DNA of 64,000 nucleotides from Dehalococcoidia bacterium (lineage in GTDB: Bacteria > Chloroflexota > Dehalococcoidia > UBA6926), in assembly GCA_963666115.2 (NCBI GenBank), contig CAXXET010000008.1, positions 64,001 to 128,000 on the forward strand. The letters are read 5' to 3'. The notes below the pieces were generated by a model. The model saw only the letters and a list, made by a program, of their open reading frames with translations, was not told the origin of the DNA and made no database searches. A program made the translations under genes and the position numbers. Shown here in pieces: positions 40,811 through 49,800 of this stretch (position 1 is its first letter; each line of letters starts with the position of its first letter).

Positions 40811-41575
40811 TCAGCCGCTCGGCTCAACTGCGGGATCGGCGGTGGGTTGATAATAGACTTGGATGCTCTCAACGTTGGTGGTGTTGAGGAGGACGGTGCC
40901 GCCGCCAGGTTGATCTGTGAGCGTCAACGGATCATCGGGAGAGATGCTCGAAAGCCACACAGCCTTGGTGATGCTGAAGTCTTTATCTGGCTGGTCGTCA
41001 GATAGAAGCGGATATGTTCCGAGTTCGCCGATGTATGTGTCACCGCCCTTGAGCCTCACGAGAAGTCTTGGTCGATTGTTGGCAAAGCCGTTTGTCTCCT
41101 GGTGAAAGATGTCATACCAAACCGGCGTCTGAGGATGGGCCGCTTGAGGAGCCGGCAACCACCGCAGTCTATGTGCGAGCCACATCGCAGGTCCCGATAC
41201 TGTGCTCGCCGCCTTGTGCGGGAACTGGTAAGCGCCCAAAAGCTCCGCAGAGATAGTGATGTATCCGAGGTACACGAGGAGGGAAAACATCGCGGTCAGG
41301 GGGTAATCGGCAAAATACGCTGTAGTGCCATCGGCGACCAGTTCCGTGTAGCGCAACTCAGCGATTGACAGATGGCTGAGCAGGGCTGCGCAGGCTAGGA
41401 ATAGAGTTACGCCGATGACGTGGATGTACATGGAGTACTCAAGCATGGCGGAAAGTTGCCATAGAGTGCTCCGGCGTGATGGATCGGCGCTGCGCGCCAG
41501 AGATGTTCGGTACGAAAGGAATCCCGGCAGAACCAGAATCAGAAGTATGGCAAGATTCCAGGCTGATCCAAGCAT
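40811..41575 (-). CDS. Membrane protein (DUF6338-like)
   Basis: LVLPGFL N-terminal TM, PVWYDIF, VRLKGGDTYIG. Confidence 0.65.
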   Translation of the reverse strand: MLGSAWNLAILLILVLPGFLSYRTSLARSADPSRRSTLWQLSAMLEYSMYIHVIGVTLFLACAALLSHLSIAELRYTELVADGTTAYFADYPLTAMFSLLVYLGYITISAELLGAYQFPHKAASTVSGPAMWLAHRLRWLPAPQAAHPQTPVWYDIFHQETNGFANNRPRLLVRLKGGDTYIGELGTYPLLSDDQPDKDFSITKAVWLSSISPDDPLTLTDQPGGGTVLLNTTNVESIQVYYQPTADPAVEPSG

Positions 41576-41590
41576 GGTTACGCGCCGCGC

Positions 41591-41845
41591 TTAACCCCTG
41601 TCGTCGGCAGGCGTCACAGCATCGGACTCAAGGGAGGCGTCGTGGCCGTTCGACGATCCGTTCCCGGTGGAACGGTTTCGGCCTTGCTCAACAAGTCTGT
41701 CAAAAATGACGTTTGAGCCCAACGGCTCGTCGGATGGCGGCACCTTGTCAATTGACTTCGTGATCCATTCCGGCGCGTAGTCGATGCGGTCTGAGGATGG
41801 AGCGCCTTCAGCGCCGTTTCCTGAACCGTCTTTGCCTCGTTTCAT
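41591..41845 (-). CDS. Small acidic hypothetical protein
   Basis: ATG with G-rich SD; co-oriented just upstream of the DUF6338-like gene. Confidence 0.45.
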   Translation of the reverse strand: MKRGKDGSGNGAEGAPSSDRIDYAPEWITKSIDKVPPSDEPLGSNVIFDRLVEQGRNRSTGNGSSNGHDASLESDAVTPADDRG

Positions 41846-42007
41846 TGCCGCCCCCCAAGAGTTCGTGCCATGCCTTCAACGCTAGCGTGCATGACACAAA
41901 CATATATTCTAGAGCCAGTATCGCCCTTCACGAATTGGGTGTCAAGCGCCGATGAACTCGCAAGCGGCCTTATCGTGTGCCTGCGGGCATAGCCCCCAAC
42001 GACCCCG

Positions 42008-42754
42008 CTAACTGGACTGTGCCCACTCCTCCTCAGGCACAAGCTCCCGCTCCCCGTGGAAGATTCCGTACCCGATGATGAACAGCCATATCGCGCCCAG
42101 GAACACCAGCACGTTGCTCGCGGAGATCAATATCCCGAAGTCGGCCCCCTGTAGATGTTGGATCAGCGCGAGGTTGATGATCTCCGCCACGCCCTTCGCC
42201 GCGAAACCGTACCCAGCAATCACGTACAGGTTCAACTCGTGGAATCTGACCCCAATACCCAGACCAATGAGAACGCTGGATACGGCGCCAAGCGCGATGA
42301 ACGCATAATGAACCCCGACCATCGCCGACACGATCATCAAGCCAAGCTCGTCGCGCGCCTCGACCTCCATCCCCGTCCCCACGCCGCGCGTCACCACCTG
42401 GACCGCCATCTGCCGCATCGACAACTCGACGATGTAGACGCCCCAGGCAAAGATCGCCATGCCAACCCCGAATCGCAGCGCCAGGTCCGCCCGCCCGCCG
42501 TCACGCCGCAGGCGCAGCAGCGAAAACACCCCAAACGCCATGAGAATCGAGGAAAGCATGAGGAGCATCCCCGTCGCATGCGTGAAGCTGTCGCGCTCTG
42601 CCAACTCGGCCAATGCCGCCGCAAAGTCGGACTGGTCTATCGAGCCGCCTGATCCGCCGCCCGCAAAGAACGACGCGATGAGGACAACGAACACAAGCGC
42701 AACGCCCGCCATCAGCGACAGCCCCGCAAGGCGGGTAGTCGATTGGGATGTCAT
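42008..42754 (-). CDS. Multi-pass membrane protein (paralog 1)
   Basis: About 6 TM; RLAGLSLMAGVAL, ADLALRFG, WLFIIGYGI shared with the neighbour. Confidence 0.8.
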   Translation of the reverse strand: MTSQSTTRLAGLSLMAGVALVFVVLIASFFAGGGSGGSIDQSDFAAALAELAERDSFTHATGMLLMLSSILMAFGVFSLLRLRRDGGRADLALRFGVGMAIFAWGVYIVELSMRQMAVQVVTRGVGTGMEVEARDELGLMIVSAMVGVHYAFIALGAVSSVLIGLGIGVRFHELNLYVIAGYGFAAKGVAEIINLALIQHLQGADFGILISASNVLVFLGAIWLFIIGYGIFHGERELVPEEEWAQSS

Positions 42755-42773
42755 GGTCGGCCTCCTGTCTGAA

Positions 42774-43469
42774 CTACTCCTCTGCGCCCTGCGGCGTGAG
42801 CGCGGGCTCCCCGCGGTAGATGCCGAAGCCAATGATGAACAGCCACAAACCGCCCAGGGCCAGTAGCACGTTGTTGATCGTGAGCAAGAGCCCAAGGTCG
42901 ACGTCAGAGACGCTGGAAATCACAAGATTGGCAGCCTCTGCGACACCCATCAGCGCCAGCCCGTAACCGGCAATCACGAAGAGGTTCACGCCTTCGAACC
43001 TGGCCGCGACCCCGACGCCAATGAGGAAACTGCCGAGCGCCCCGAGCGCGATGAACCCAAAATGGACTCCCGTGATCAGCGCGAGCACCGTTGATGCGGC
43101 CCCATCCTCTCCCCCGGCTTCAATGACGACGAACTGCATCCCCAGCTGGACGATGTAGACGCCCCACGCGAACAGCATGACGCCGACGCCGAGCCGCAGG
43201 CCCAGATCCGCCAGGGTGTGCCGGTGGGACAGGCGCAGCAGCGAAGCCGCTCCGAATGCCATCAGGATAACGGCCAGCATGAACAGGATGCCCGCCGCTT
43301 GATGCATGCCCGAGTTATCCATCAGCATGTCCATCGTGGCGCCAAAATCAGAGTAGTTCACTGCATCGACCGACAATCCGCCGACAGACACCAACGACGC
43401 GATGAAGATGAGTGCCACACCCGCCATCAGCGCCAAACCCGCAGCCCGGTTGTTTGACAGGAATTCCAT
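42774..43469 (-). CDS. Multi-pass membrane protein (paralog 2)
   Basis: RAAGLALMAGVAL, ADLGLRLG, WLFIIGFGI. Confidence 0.8.
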   Translation of the reverse strand: MEFLSNNRAAGLALMAGVALIFIASLVSVGGLSVDAVNYSDFGATMDMLMDNSGMHQAAGILFMLAVILMAFGAASLLRLSHRHTLADLGLRLGVGVMLFAWGVYIVQLGMQFVVIEAGGEDGAASTVLALITGVHFGFIALGALGSFLIGVGVAARFEGVNLFVIAGYGLALMGVAEAANLVISSVSDVDLGLLLTINNVLLALGGLWLFIIGFGIYRGEPALTPQGAEE

Positions 43470-43522
43470 CGCAGCCCCTCCTTACTCTCTGACATGCTCC
43501 TTTAATAGGGTACTAGCTTTGG

Positions 43523-43765
43523 CTAGGGGGTGTTGCGCCACTCGTCGAACGCCGCCACGTCCTCCGGCGCCGCGTGTCGAATCAACGACATCAAACGATT
43601 CATCGCCGTCACGAGTTCCTGCGCGTACTCGTCCCCGGAGTCCCCGTTCTTCAGCGCCGGCCGCTCAAGCCCCGCCCGCAAGGCATTCACCCGCTCCTGC
43701 GCCGCCTTCAAAGCCCGCAACTCCGGCGATTCTCTACCCCCCGCTCCCCGCCCCTCCGTAGTCAT
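43523..43765 (-). CDS. Small helical hypothetical protein
   Basis: MTTEG...ELRALKAAQERVNALR; co-oriented after vapC. Confidence 0.5.
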   Translation of the reverse strand: MTTEGRGAGGRESPELRALKAAQERVNALRAGLERPALKNGDSGDEYAQELVTAMNRLMSLIRHAAPEDVAAFDEWRNTP

Positions 43766-43782
43766 GCCGTGCCATCCCAACG

Positions 43783-44178
43783 TCACACAGAGATGACGCT
43801 GAGCCCCTCGACGCGCTCGAAATGCCTGCGGTTGTTGGTCAAAACCGTGAGCTGATGACGCGCCGCTGTCGCCGCAATCAACAAGTCCATGTCGGAGATC
43901 ATCATTCCTGCGGCGCGCAAACGGCCCCGCTCGCGGCCAAAAACGCGACACGTCTCGTCATCGAGCGGCAGCACGTCCACGCCTGCCAGAAATGCCTGTA
44001 TCCGGCGTTCACTGCCCTCCGGATCGCGGGTAACATACCTGCCCTCATACAACTCAGCGACGGAGATGATGCTGAGCGCGATACCGTCGCCGCGCAAGTC
44101 AGCCAACCGTGCGCGAATCGCCACTGAGCCGCGCAAATACGCTATCACCCAGTCCGTATCGATGAGATAGCGCATCAA
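43783..44178 (-). CDS. vapC: VapC PIN-domain toxin
   Basis: YLIDTD, SVAELY, DLLIAATA, TNNRRHF. Confidence 0.93.
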   Translation of the reverse strand: MMRYLIDTDWVIAYLRGSVAIRARLADLRGDGIALSIISVAELYEGRYVTRDPEGSERRIQAFLAGVDVLPLDDETCRVFGRERGRLRAAGMMISDMDLLIAATAARHQLTVLTNNRRHFERVEGLSVISV

Positions 44179-44180
44179 TC

Positions 44181-44456
44181 CTACGGAGTCGGCGGCGTGC
44201 GCGAACCGTCGATGCGCGCTTGGCGAATCGTCTCCGCGAAATCCTCAGGGATGATGTCCTTCCAGCCGCCCCATGCGCTCTCAAACAGAGCCGTGCGCTC
44301 TTCCGGGCTGAGGCTTTCCTTATCAATCGCGCCGTTCAACTGCGGCACAACAACCGTCCGTTCCACCGCGACGATCACCTCTGTGCCGTCCTCGAGTTCA
44401 AGATGCTCCAGCGGCGTCAGAACGCCTTTCTCATATCGCGCCCGTACCGTTGCCAT
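44181..44456 (-). CDS. AF2212/DUF104-like antitoxin
   Basis: VRARYEKGVLTPLEHLELEDGTEV; upstream of vapC. Confidence 0.85.
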   Translation of the reverse strand: MATVRARYEKGVLTPLEHLELEDGTEVIVAVERTVVVPQLNGAIDKESLSPEERTALFESAWGGWKDIIPEDFAETIRQARIDGSRTPPTP

Positions 44457-44543
44457 GACCGACCGTTACTCCTTCGGGAACTCCCGCCGCTGCCGCAATG
44501 CCACCCCCAACGAACTGCCTCACCGCGCCATTATAGCCGCCCT

Positions 44544-44840
44544 TCACCCCTCCCCGCTGATAACCTCCACCACGTGCGGCATCACCTCCGCGTCCGGGCG
44601 GGAGTCATAGACGTACTCGGCCACGTTGTCCAGCGTCCGGCGGCACCCCGCCTCGCTCGTGTTGACACAGGACACGCCCAGCAGCGCCATCCGCGGCGAA
44701 TCGTGCTCGCCGACCTCTGAGATGGACACGTTATAGCGCCGCTTAACCCGCTCGATGACGCTCTTGACCACCTGCCGCTTGTCCTTCAGCGACGACGCCT
44801 CAGCCAGCCGCAACTCAAGAACCGTATACCCGACGACCAC
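44544..44840 (-). CDS. DUF503 family protein
   Basis: SLKDKRQVVKS...YNVSISEV. Confidence 0.9.
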   Translation of the reverse strand: MVVGYTVLELRLAEASSLKDKRQVVKSVIERVKRRYNVSISEVGEHDSPRMALLGVSCVNTSEAGCRRTLDNVAEYVYDSRPDAEVMPHVVEVISGEG

Positions 44841-44842
44841 GC

Positions 44843-47494
44843 CTACACGTCCAGGTTCTGGACCTCCTGCGCGTGCGTCCGTATGAAGTTCGCCCGCGGC
44901 CGGACCTCCTCGCCCATCAGCATCTCGAACAAATCCGCCGCCTGCTGCGCGTCCTCGATCTCAACCTTGAACAGCGTCCGCGTCTCCGGGTCCAGCGTCG
45001 TCTCCCACAACTGCGTCGGGTTCATCTCGCCCAGGCCCTTGTACCGCTGGATGCCCACGCCCCGCGTCGACACGTCCTCAACGATCTCCGCGAGGTCGAT
45101 CATCGAGTTCAGCCGGCCCACCGCGCGCTCCCGCTTGTACACCGTCCCAACCCTGGGCAGGTGGTCGCTCAGCGCTGTCGCCAGCTCCGTCATCCGCTGC
45201 GCCGCGTCCTCGTTGAAGAAATCGTGGTCGAGCCGCAACGTCCGCCCGCTCTCCGTGTCCTGGATCAGGATGTACGTCCCGTTCTTCGCCGGGAACGCGG
45301 TGTCCGCGCCCTCGTCGTCGCCGGACGACTCATCCTGCCCCGCAGTAGTCTCGCTCGTGAGATCGAGTAGCGATGGCTGTTGCGCGTCCGGAAGCAGTGT
45401 GGGCGCCGTTGGCTCAGGCGCCGGCGCGATGGGGGTATCGTCGTATTCGAACTCCAGGATGCGGACGTTGCCCAGGTCCTGGAGCGCGCCCATCAACTCC
45501 TGCAGCGACTCCTCGCTGGACAGGTCGCGCTCGCCCGTCCGCACGGTCAGCGCTGTCGCCGTCAGCAGCGGCCACGGGTACCCCGTCGCCTGCAGGTCGG
45601 ACATCGCCCGCCCCAGTCGCTGCGCGGACGGCAGCACGTCGCGCACCTGCGCCTCCGTGTACACGATGCCCGCGTCCTGCTCGGAACTCTCGCGGATCGT
45701 CATGTCCTTCAGCGCCTGGTTGGTCAGCGTGTCGTCCTTTTCCTTGTCCGTATACAGCCAGTGGACGTCATTGCGGCCGATCTGCACGCGGTACAGCGGC
45801 GGCTGCGCGATGTAGATGTTGCCCGCGCGGAGCAGCGGCTGGAAGTGCCGGTAGAACAGCGTGAGCAGCAACGTGCGAATGTGCGCGCCGTCCACGTCCG
45901 CGTCCGTCATGATGATGACCTTCTTGTACCGCAGCTTGGACAGGTCCAGCCCGTCGTTCTCATCGATGTCCGCCTCGTCGGCGTCCGATGCCCCGTTCCC
46001 GTTCACGTGGCCGTTCAGCCCGCCGAAACCGACGCCCAGCGCCGACGCGATCGCCTTGATCTCCTCGTGCCCGTACACCTTGTCCAGCCGCGCTTTCTGC
46101 ACGTTCAGGATCTTGCCGCGCAGGGGCAGAATCGCCTGGAAGCGCCGGTCGCGCCCGCCCTTGGCAGAGCCGCCGGCGGAATCGCCCTCGACGAGGAAGA
46201 TCTCGCAGTTGTCCGGGTTCTTGTCCGAGCAGTCGGCCAGCTTGCCCGGCAGGGTGGTGGACTCCAGCGCGCCCTTCCGCTGCACGCTCTCCTTGGCCTT
46301 CCGCGCGGCCTCCCGCGCGATGGCCGTGTTCTTGCACTTCTCCAAAATCCGCCGCGCGTCCTGCGGGTGCTCCTCCAGGTACGTGGACAGACCCTCGGCC
46401 AGCGTGCTCTCAACGTGGTTCTTCACCTCCGCGTTGCCCAGCTTGCCCTTCGTCTGACCCTCGAACTGCGGCTCCGCCAGCTTCACGCTGATCACCGCCG
46501 CGATGCCCTCCCGCACGTCCTCGCCCTGAAGGTTGCTGTCCCCGTCCTTCAGCAGCTTGAACTTGCGCCCGTAATCGTTCATCGCCCGCGTCAGCGCCGC
46601 CCGGAATCCCGTCAGGTGCGTCCCGCCGTCCACCGTGTGGATGCAGTTCGCAAACCCAAACACGTTCTCCGCGTAGCCGTCGTTGTACTGGAGCGCAACC
46701 TCGACGTGCGTCCCGTCGATGTCCCGCTCCACGTAGATCGGCGTCTGGTGCATCGCCGTCCGCGCCGAGTTCATGTGGCGTACCAGCGAGCGGATGCCGC
46801 CCTCGAAATAGAACGTCGTCTCGTTCTCCGTCCGCTCATCCACGAAGCGAATCTCAAGCCCCGGGTTCAGGTACGCCATCTCCCGGAACCGCGCCGCCAA
46901 AGTCGTGAACTCAAACGACGTGTCCTGCATGAAGATCGTGGGGTCCGGCTTGAACCACACCGTCGTGCCCGTATCGTCCGCCGACCCGACGGCCTCCACC
47001 GGCGCGAGCGCGTCGCCCCGCGAATACTCCTGCATGTGAATCTTGCCGTCGCGACGCACCTCCGCACGCAGGCTCTCCGACAGCGCGTTCACGACCGATG
47101 CGCCGACCCCGTGCAGGCCGCCGGACACCTTGTACCCGCCGCCGCCGAACTTGCCGCCCGCGTGCAGCGTCGTCATCACCGTTTCGAGGCCCGTCAGCCC
47201 CGTCTGCGGATGCTTGTCGATTGGCACCCCGCGCCCATCGTCCTCGATGCGCGCCGTGCCGTCCGCCAAAATCGTCACGATGATCCGGTTGCAGTGCCCC
47301 GCCATCGCCTCGTCGACCGCGTTGTCGACGATCTCATAGATCAGGTGGTGCAGCCCCCGCTCATCCGTGGAGCCGATGTACATGCCGGGCCGGCGGCGCA
47401 CCGCCTCAAGCCCCTCCAGCACCTCGATATTCCGTGACGTGTACTCGGACGTCTCAGTAGCGCCAACATCGCGCCGTTCCGACCGTTCTACCAT
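44843..47494 (-). CDS. gyrB: DNA gyrase subunit B with large TOPRIM-region insertion
   Basis: EAVRRRPGMYIGS, VEGDSAGG, PLRGK, MTDADVDGAHI, QRYKGLGEMN. Confidence 0.97.
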   Translation of the reverse strand: MVERSERRDVGATETSEYTSRNIEVLEGLEAVRRRPGMYIGSTDERGLHHLIYEIVDNAVDEAMAGHCNRIIVTILADGTARIEDDGRGVPIDKHPQTGLTGLETVMTTLHAGGKFGGGGYKVSGGLHGVGASVVNALSESLRAEVRRDGKIHMQEYSRGDALAPVEAVGSADDTGTTVWFKPDPTIFMQDTSFEFTTLAARFREMAYLNPGLEIRFVDERTENETTFYFEGGIRSLVRHMNSARTAMHQTPIYVERDIDGTHVEVALQYNDGYAENVFGFANCIHTVDGGTHLTGFRAALTRAMNDYGRKFKLLKDGDSNLQGEDVREGIAAVISVKLAEPQFEGQTKGKLGNAEVKNHVESTLAEGLSTYLEEHPQDARRILEKCKNTAIAREAARKAKESVQRKGALESTTLPGKLADCSDKNPDNCEIFLVEGDSAGGSAKGGRDRRFQAILPLRGKILNVQKARLDKVYGHEEIKAIASALGVGFGGLNGHVNGNGASDADEADIDENDGLDLSKLRYKKVIIMTDADVDGAHIRTLLLTLFYRHFQPLLRAGNIYIAQPPLYRVQIGRNDVHWLYTDKEKDDTLTNQALKDMTIRESSEQDAGIVYTEAQVRDVLPSAQRLGRAMSDLQATGYPWPLLTATALTVRTGERDLSSEESLQELMGALQDLGNVRILEFEYDDTPIAPAPEPTAPTLLPDAQQPSLLDLTSETTAGQDESSGDDEGADTAFPAKNGTYILIQDTESGRTLRLDHDFFNEDAAQRMTELATALSDHLPRVGTVYKRERAVGRLNSMIDLAEIVEDVSTRGVGIQRYKGLGEMNPTQLWETTLDPETRTLFKVEIEDAQQAADLFEMLMGEEVRPRANFIRTHAQEVQNLDV

Positions 47495-47623
47495 GCCGTT
47501 CCAACCTGCCTTTCCCCGCGCATCCCGCGCCCGCCCCACGCCCCGCGCAGATACGGCCGCAACCTGCCCCAATTCTACCAGAAATTAAAATCCCGTTCAA
47601 AAAACAAAGCCCTCCCCAACAGT

Positions 47624-47657
47624 CCCCTCTCCCTCAGGGAGAGGGCTAGGGTGAGGG
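47624..47657. repeat. REP-like element, family D
   Basis: cccctctccctcagggagagggctagggtgaggg hairpin downstream of the tRNA. Confidence 0.7.
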
Positions 47658-47680
47658 GGGCAGGCTTTTCGCGGGGGAAG

Positions 47681-47768
47681 CGGAGGGGGCGGGATTCGAA
47701 CCCGCGTTGCAGGGTTACCGCAAAGCAGTTTTCAAGACTGCCGCCTTCGTCCGCTCGGCCACCCCTCC
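47681..47768 (-). tRNA. tRNA-Ser (anticodon TGA)
   Basis: GGAGGGG acceptor stem, GCAGT-CTTGAAA-ACTGC anticodon arm, long variable arm, GGTTCGAATCC; CCA not encoded. Confidence 0.95.
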
Positions 47769-47815
47769 GCGCTGTGCATAGCGCCATATCAGTATTGGAA
47801 CGCAGGGATTAGGGG

Positions 47816-49147
47816 TCAAGCGGGGGTGGGGGCGGGTTGGCGTGGGGGGCGGGGTTGGGGGGCTGTTAGGACGACCAGGCCGCCTATGGCCCAGAATGCG
47901 CCCAGCAGGATGAAGGAGACGTCGTAGTCGCCGAGCATTTGCCACATGACGCCGACTGCGAAGGGGCTGGTTGCGCCTGCGACGTTGGCTATGGGGGTGG
48001 CGACGCCTCGGATGGCGCCCATGTGCTCGCGGCCAAAGTACTGGGCTAGGGCGACGTTTACCATCGGGATGAATCCGCCCATGGTGAAGCCGTAGAGCAC
48101 GGCGTAGACGAGGAGCGTCCACTGGCCGGAGCCGACGACCAGGATGAGGAGGGTTGCGCCGGCGGGGATCATGGCGGCGGCCAGGCCGAGCCTCGCGCCG
48201 AATCGTTCGGCGAGGAGGCCGTAGAACATCTTGCTGACCAATGCGGCGCCGGCGAGGACGGTGGCGGCGAGCGTCGCTTCGGCGATGGTGAGTCCCTTGT
48301 CCTGCATGTAGGCGACCTGGTGGAAGAGGACGCCGAACAAGCCCGCCTGACCCAGCCCTTGCGCGGCGAGCATGGCCCAAAAGGCGGTTGTTCTCAGGGC
48401 TTCGCGGACCGTCCAGGGGTATTCGTATGGCTCGCTGTTCGTGGGCGCGGCCGGTTGGCCGCCGGCTGCTTGCGCGGTCGGCGCGGGGCTTTGGGGGACG
48501 CCGTCCGGGACGAGGCCGACGTCGCTTGGCTGTCGTCGCATGAGGAGGATGGCCGCAGGGGTGAGGAAGACGATGATGCCGACGCCGAGGATGAACCACG
48601 CCTCGCGCCAGCCGATGGTGTCGATGAGCAGGCCGGCGATGGGGGCGATGACGAAGCCGCCGACGGATATGCCGATTGTGCTGACGGCGAAGACGCGGCC
48701 CCGCATCCGGACGAACCACTTGGCCAGGATCGCGGCGCCCAGGAGCTGCCAGTTCATGGTCGTCGCTACTATGCCGAAGACGATGCCAAAGGCGATGTAG
48801 AACTGCCACATGGCATCGACGAAGGAGGTGGCGATGAGGGCGAGACCGGCGGCGATGCTGCCGACGGTGACGACGAGGCGGGGACCCTCGCGCTTGTCCA
48901 GCATCATGCCGATGAGGGGGATGACGGGGATGGCGGCGAGCCGGAAGAGGGCGATGGCGGAGAACTCGGCGCGGGAAACATCAAGGGCCTCGCTCATGGG
49001 CACGACGAAGAAGGAGATGCCGTAGCCGTTGATGCCGGCGGTGATCATGTTGCTGGAGAAGGTGATGCCGAGGATCACCCAGCCGTAGAAGACGGGGGAG
49101 CGGCGGACGAGGAAGGGCGGGCGTTGTGCTGAGTCCGCGGTGGTCAA
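47816..49147 (-). CDS. MFS transporter (paralog 1)
   Basis: FYGWVI, KWFVRMRGR, about 12 TM. Confidence 0.92.
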   Translation of the reverse strand: MTTADSAQRPPFLVRRSPVFYGWVILGITFSSNMITAGINGYGISFFVVPMSEALDVSRAEFSAIALFRLAAIPVIPLIGMMLDKREGPRLVVTVGSIAAGLALIATSFVDAMWQFYIAFGIVFGIVATTMNWQLLGAAILAKWFVRMRGRVFAVSTIGISVGGFVIAPIAGLLIDTIGWREAWFILGVGIIVFLTPAAILLMRRQPSDVGLVPDGVPQSPAPTAQAAGGQPAAPTNSEPYEYPWTVREALRTTAFWAMLAAQGLGQAGLFGVLFHQVAYMQDKGLTIAEATLAATVLAGAALVSKMFYGLLAERFGARLGLAAAMIPAGATLLILVVGSGQWTLLVYAVLYGFTMGGFIPMVNVALAQYFGREHMGAIRGVATPIANVAGATSPFAVGVMWQMLGDYDVSFILLGAFWAIGGLVVLTAPQPRPPRQPAPTPA

Positions 49148-49186
49148 CTACGGCTCTTTTCCGAACGGAGAGAGTAGAACGATCAC

Positions 49187-49507
49187 CTAGACAGCTACCG
49201 ACTCTTCGTCAGGCCACTCCTGCGGCTTGTAGAACTGCGTGACCTTTGGGCGCTCCATCTTGTGCCGTGCCTGCCACAGGTCGTAACTGGCCTGCAGCCT
49301 CAGCCACATTTCAGGCGTCGAGCCAAACGCCTCCGCCAAGCGGATAGCCATATCAGCCGTGATGCTCGCCCGCCCGTTGATGAGGTTGGAGAGCGCGCGG
49401 GGTGACACGCACAGCCCCTCCGCCGCGGCCTTGATAGTCAGGCCAAGATCCGGCAGACAGAACTCTTTGATTATCCCACCAGGGTGGGGCGGATTATGCA
49501 TAGGCAT
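49187..49507 (-). CDS. higA: HigA antitoxin
   Basis: MHNPPHPG, ITADMAIRL, WLRLQ. Confidence 0.93.
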   Translation of the reverse strand: MPMHNPPHPGGIIKEFCLPDLGLTIKAAAEGLCVSPRALSNLINGRASITADMAIRLAEAFGSTPEMWLRLQASYDLWQARHKMERPKVTQFYKPQEWPDEESVAV

Positions 49508-49520
49508 GAGATTCTCCTCT

Positions 49521-49799
49521 CTAGTGATAGTCTACGTAATCGACATCGAATGCGTCACCGTCCTCGAAACGGAACGTCACACGCCAATTGCCAGACACCC
49601 GAACAGCATAATGTCCCGCGAGATTGCCGGACAAAGAATGAAACCCTCTTCCCAAGAGTCTCACGTCCTCAGGACCGCCTGCCTGATCAAGCGTGTTCAG
49701 AATCAGTCGGAGTCGCGCGACATGCCGCGAATCCACACCTCGCGCGCTGCCACGTTCATACAGTTCCCGCAGCCCCCGGTGCCTGATTCTCCGTATCAT
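49521..49799 (-). CDS. higB: HigB/RelE toxin
   Basis: HRGLRELY, VSGNWRVTFRF, VDYVDYH. Confidence 0.93.
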   Translation of the reverse strand: MIRRIRHRGLRELYERGSARGVDSRHVARLRLILNTLDQAGGPEDVRLLGRGFHSLSGNLAGHYAVRVSGNWRVTFRFEDGDAFDVDYVDYH

Positions 49800-49800
49800 G

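Noticed and set aside
45380-47437. Long antisense or alternate-frame ORFs (e.g. 685 aa here, 14080-15621, 39577-40887)
   Set aside because: Shadow ORFs of well-supported genes, expected in high-GC DNA
47681-47768. tRNA-anchored integrative element
   Set aside because: No integrase and no duplicated tRNA 3' end seen; gyrB follows directly
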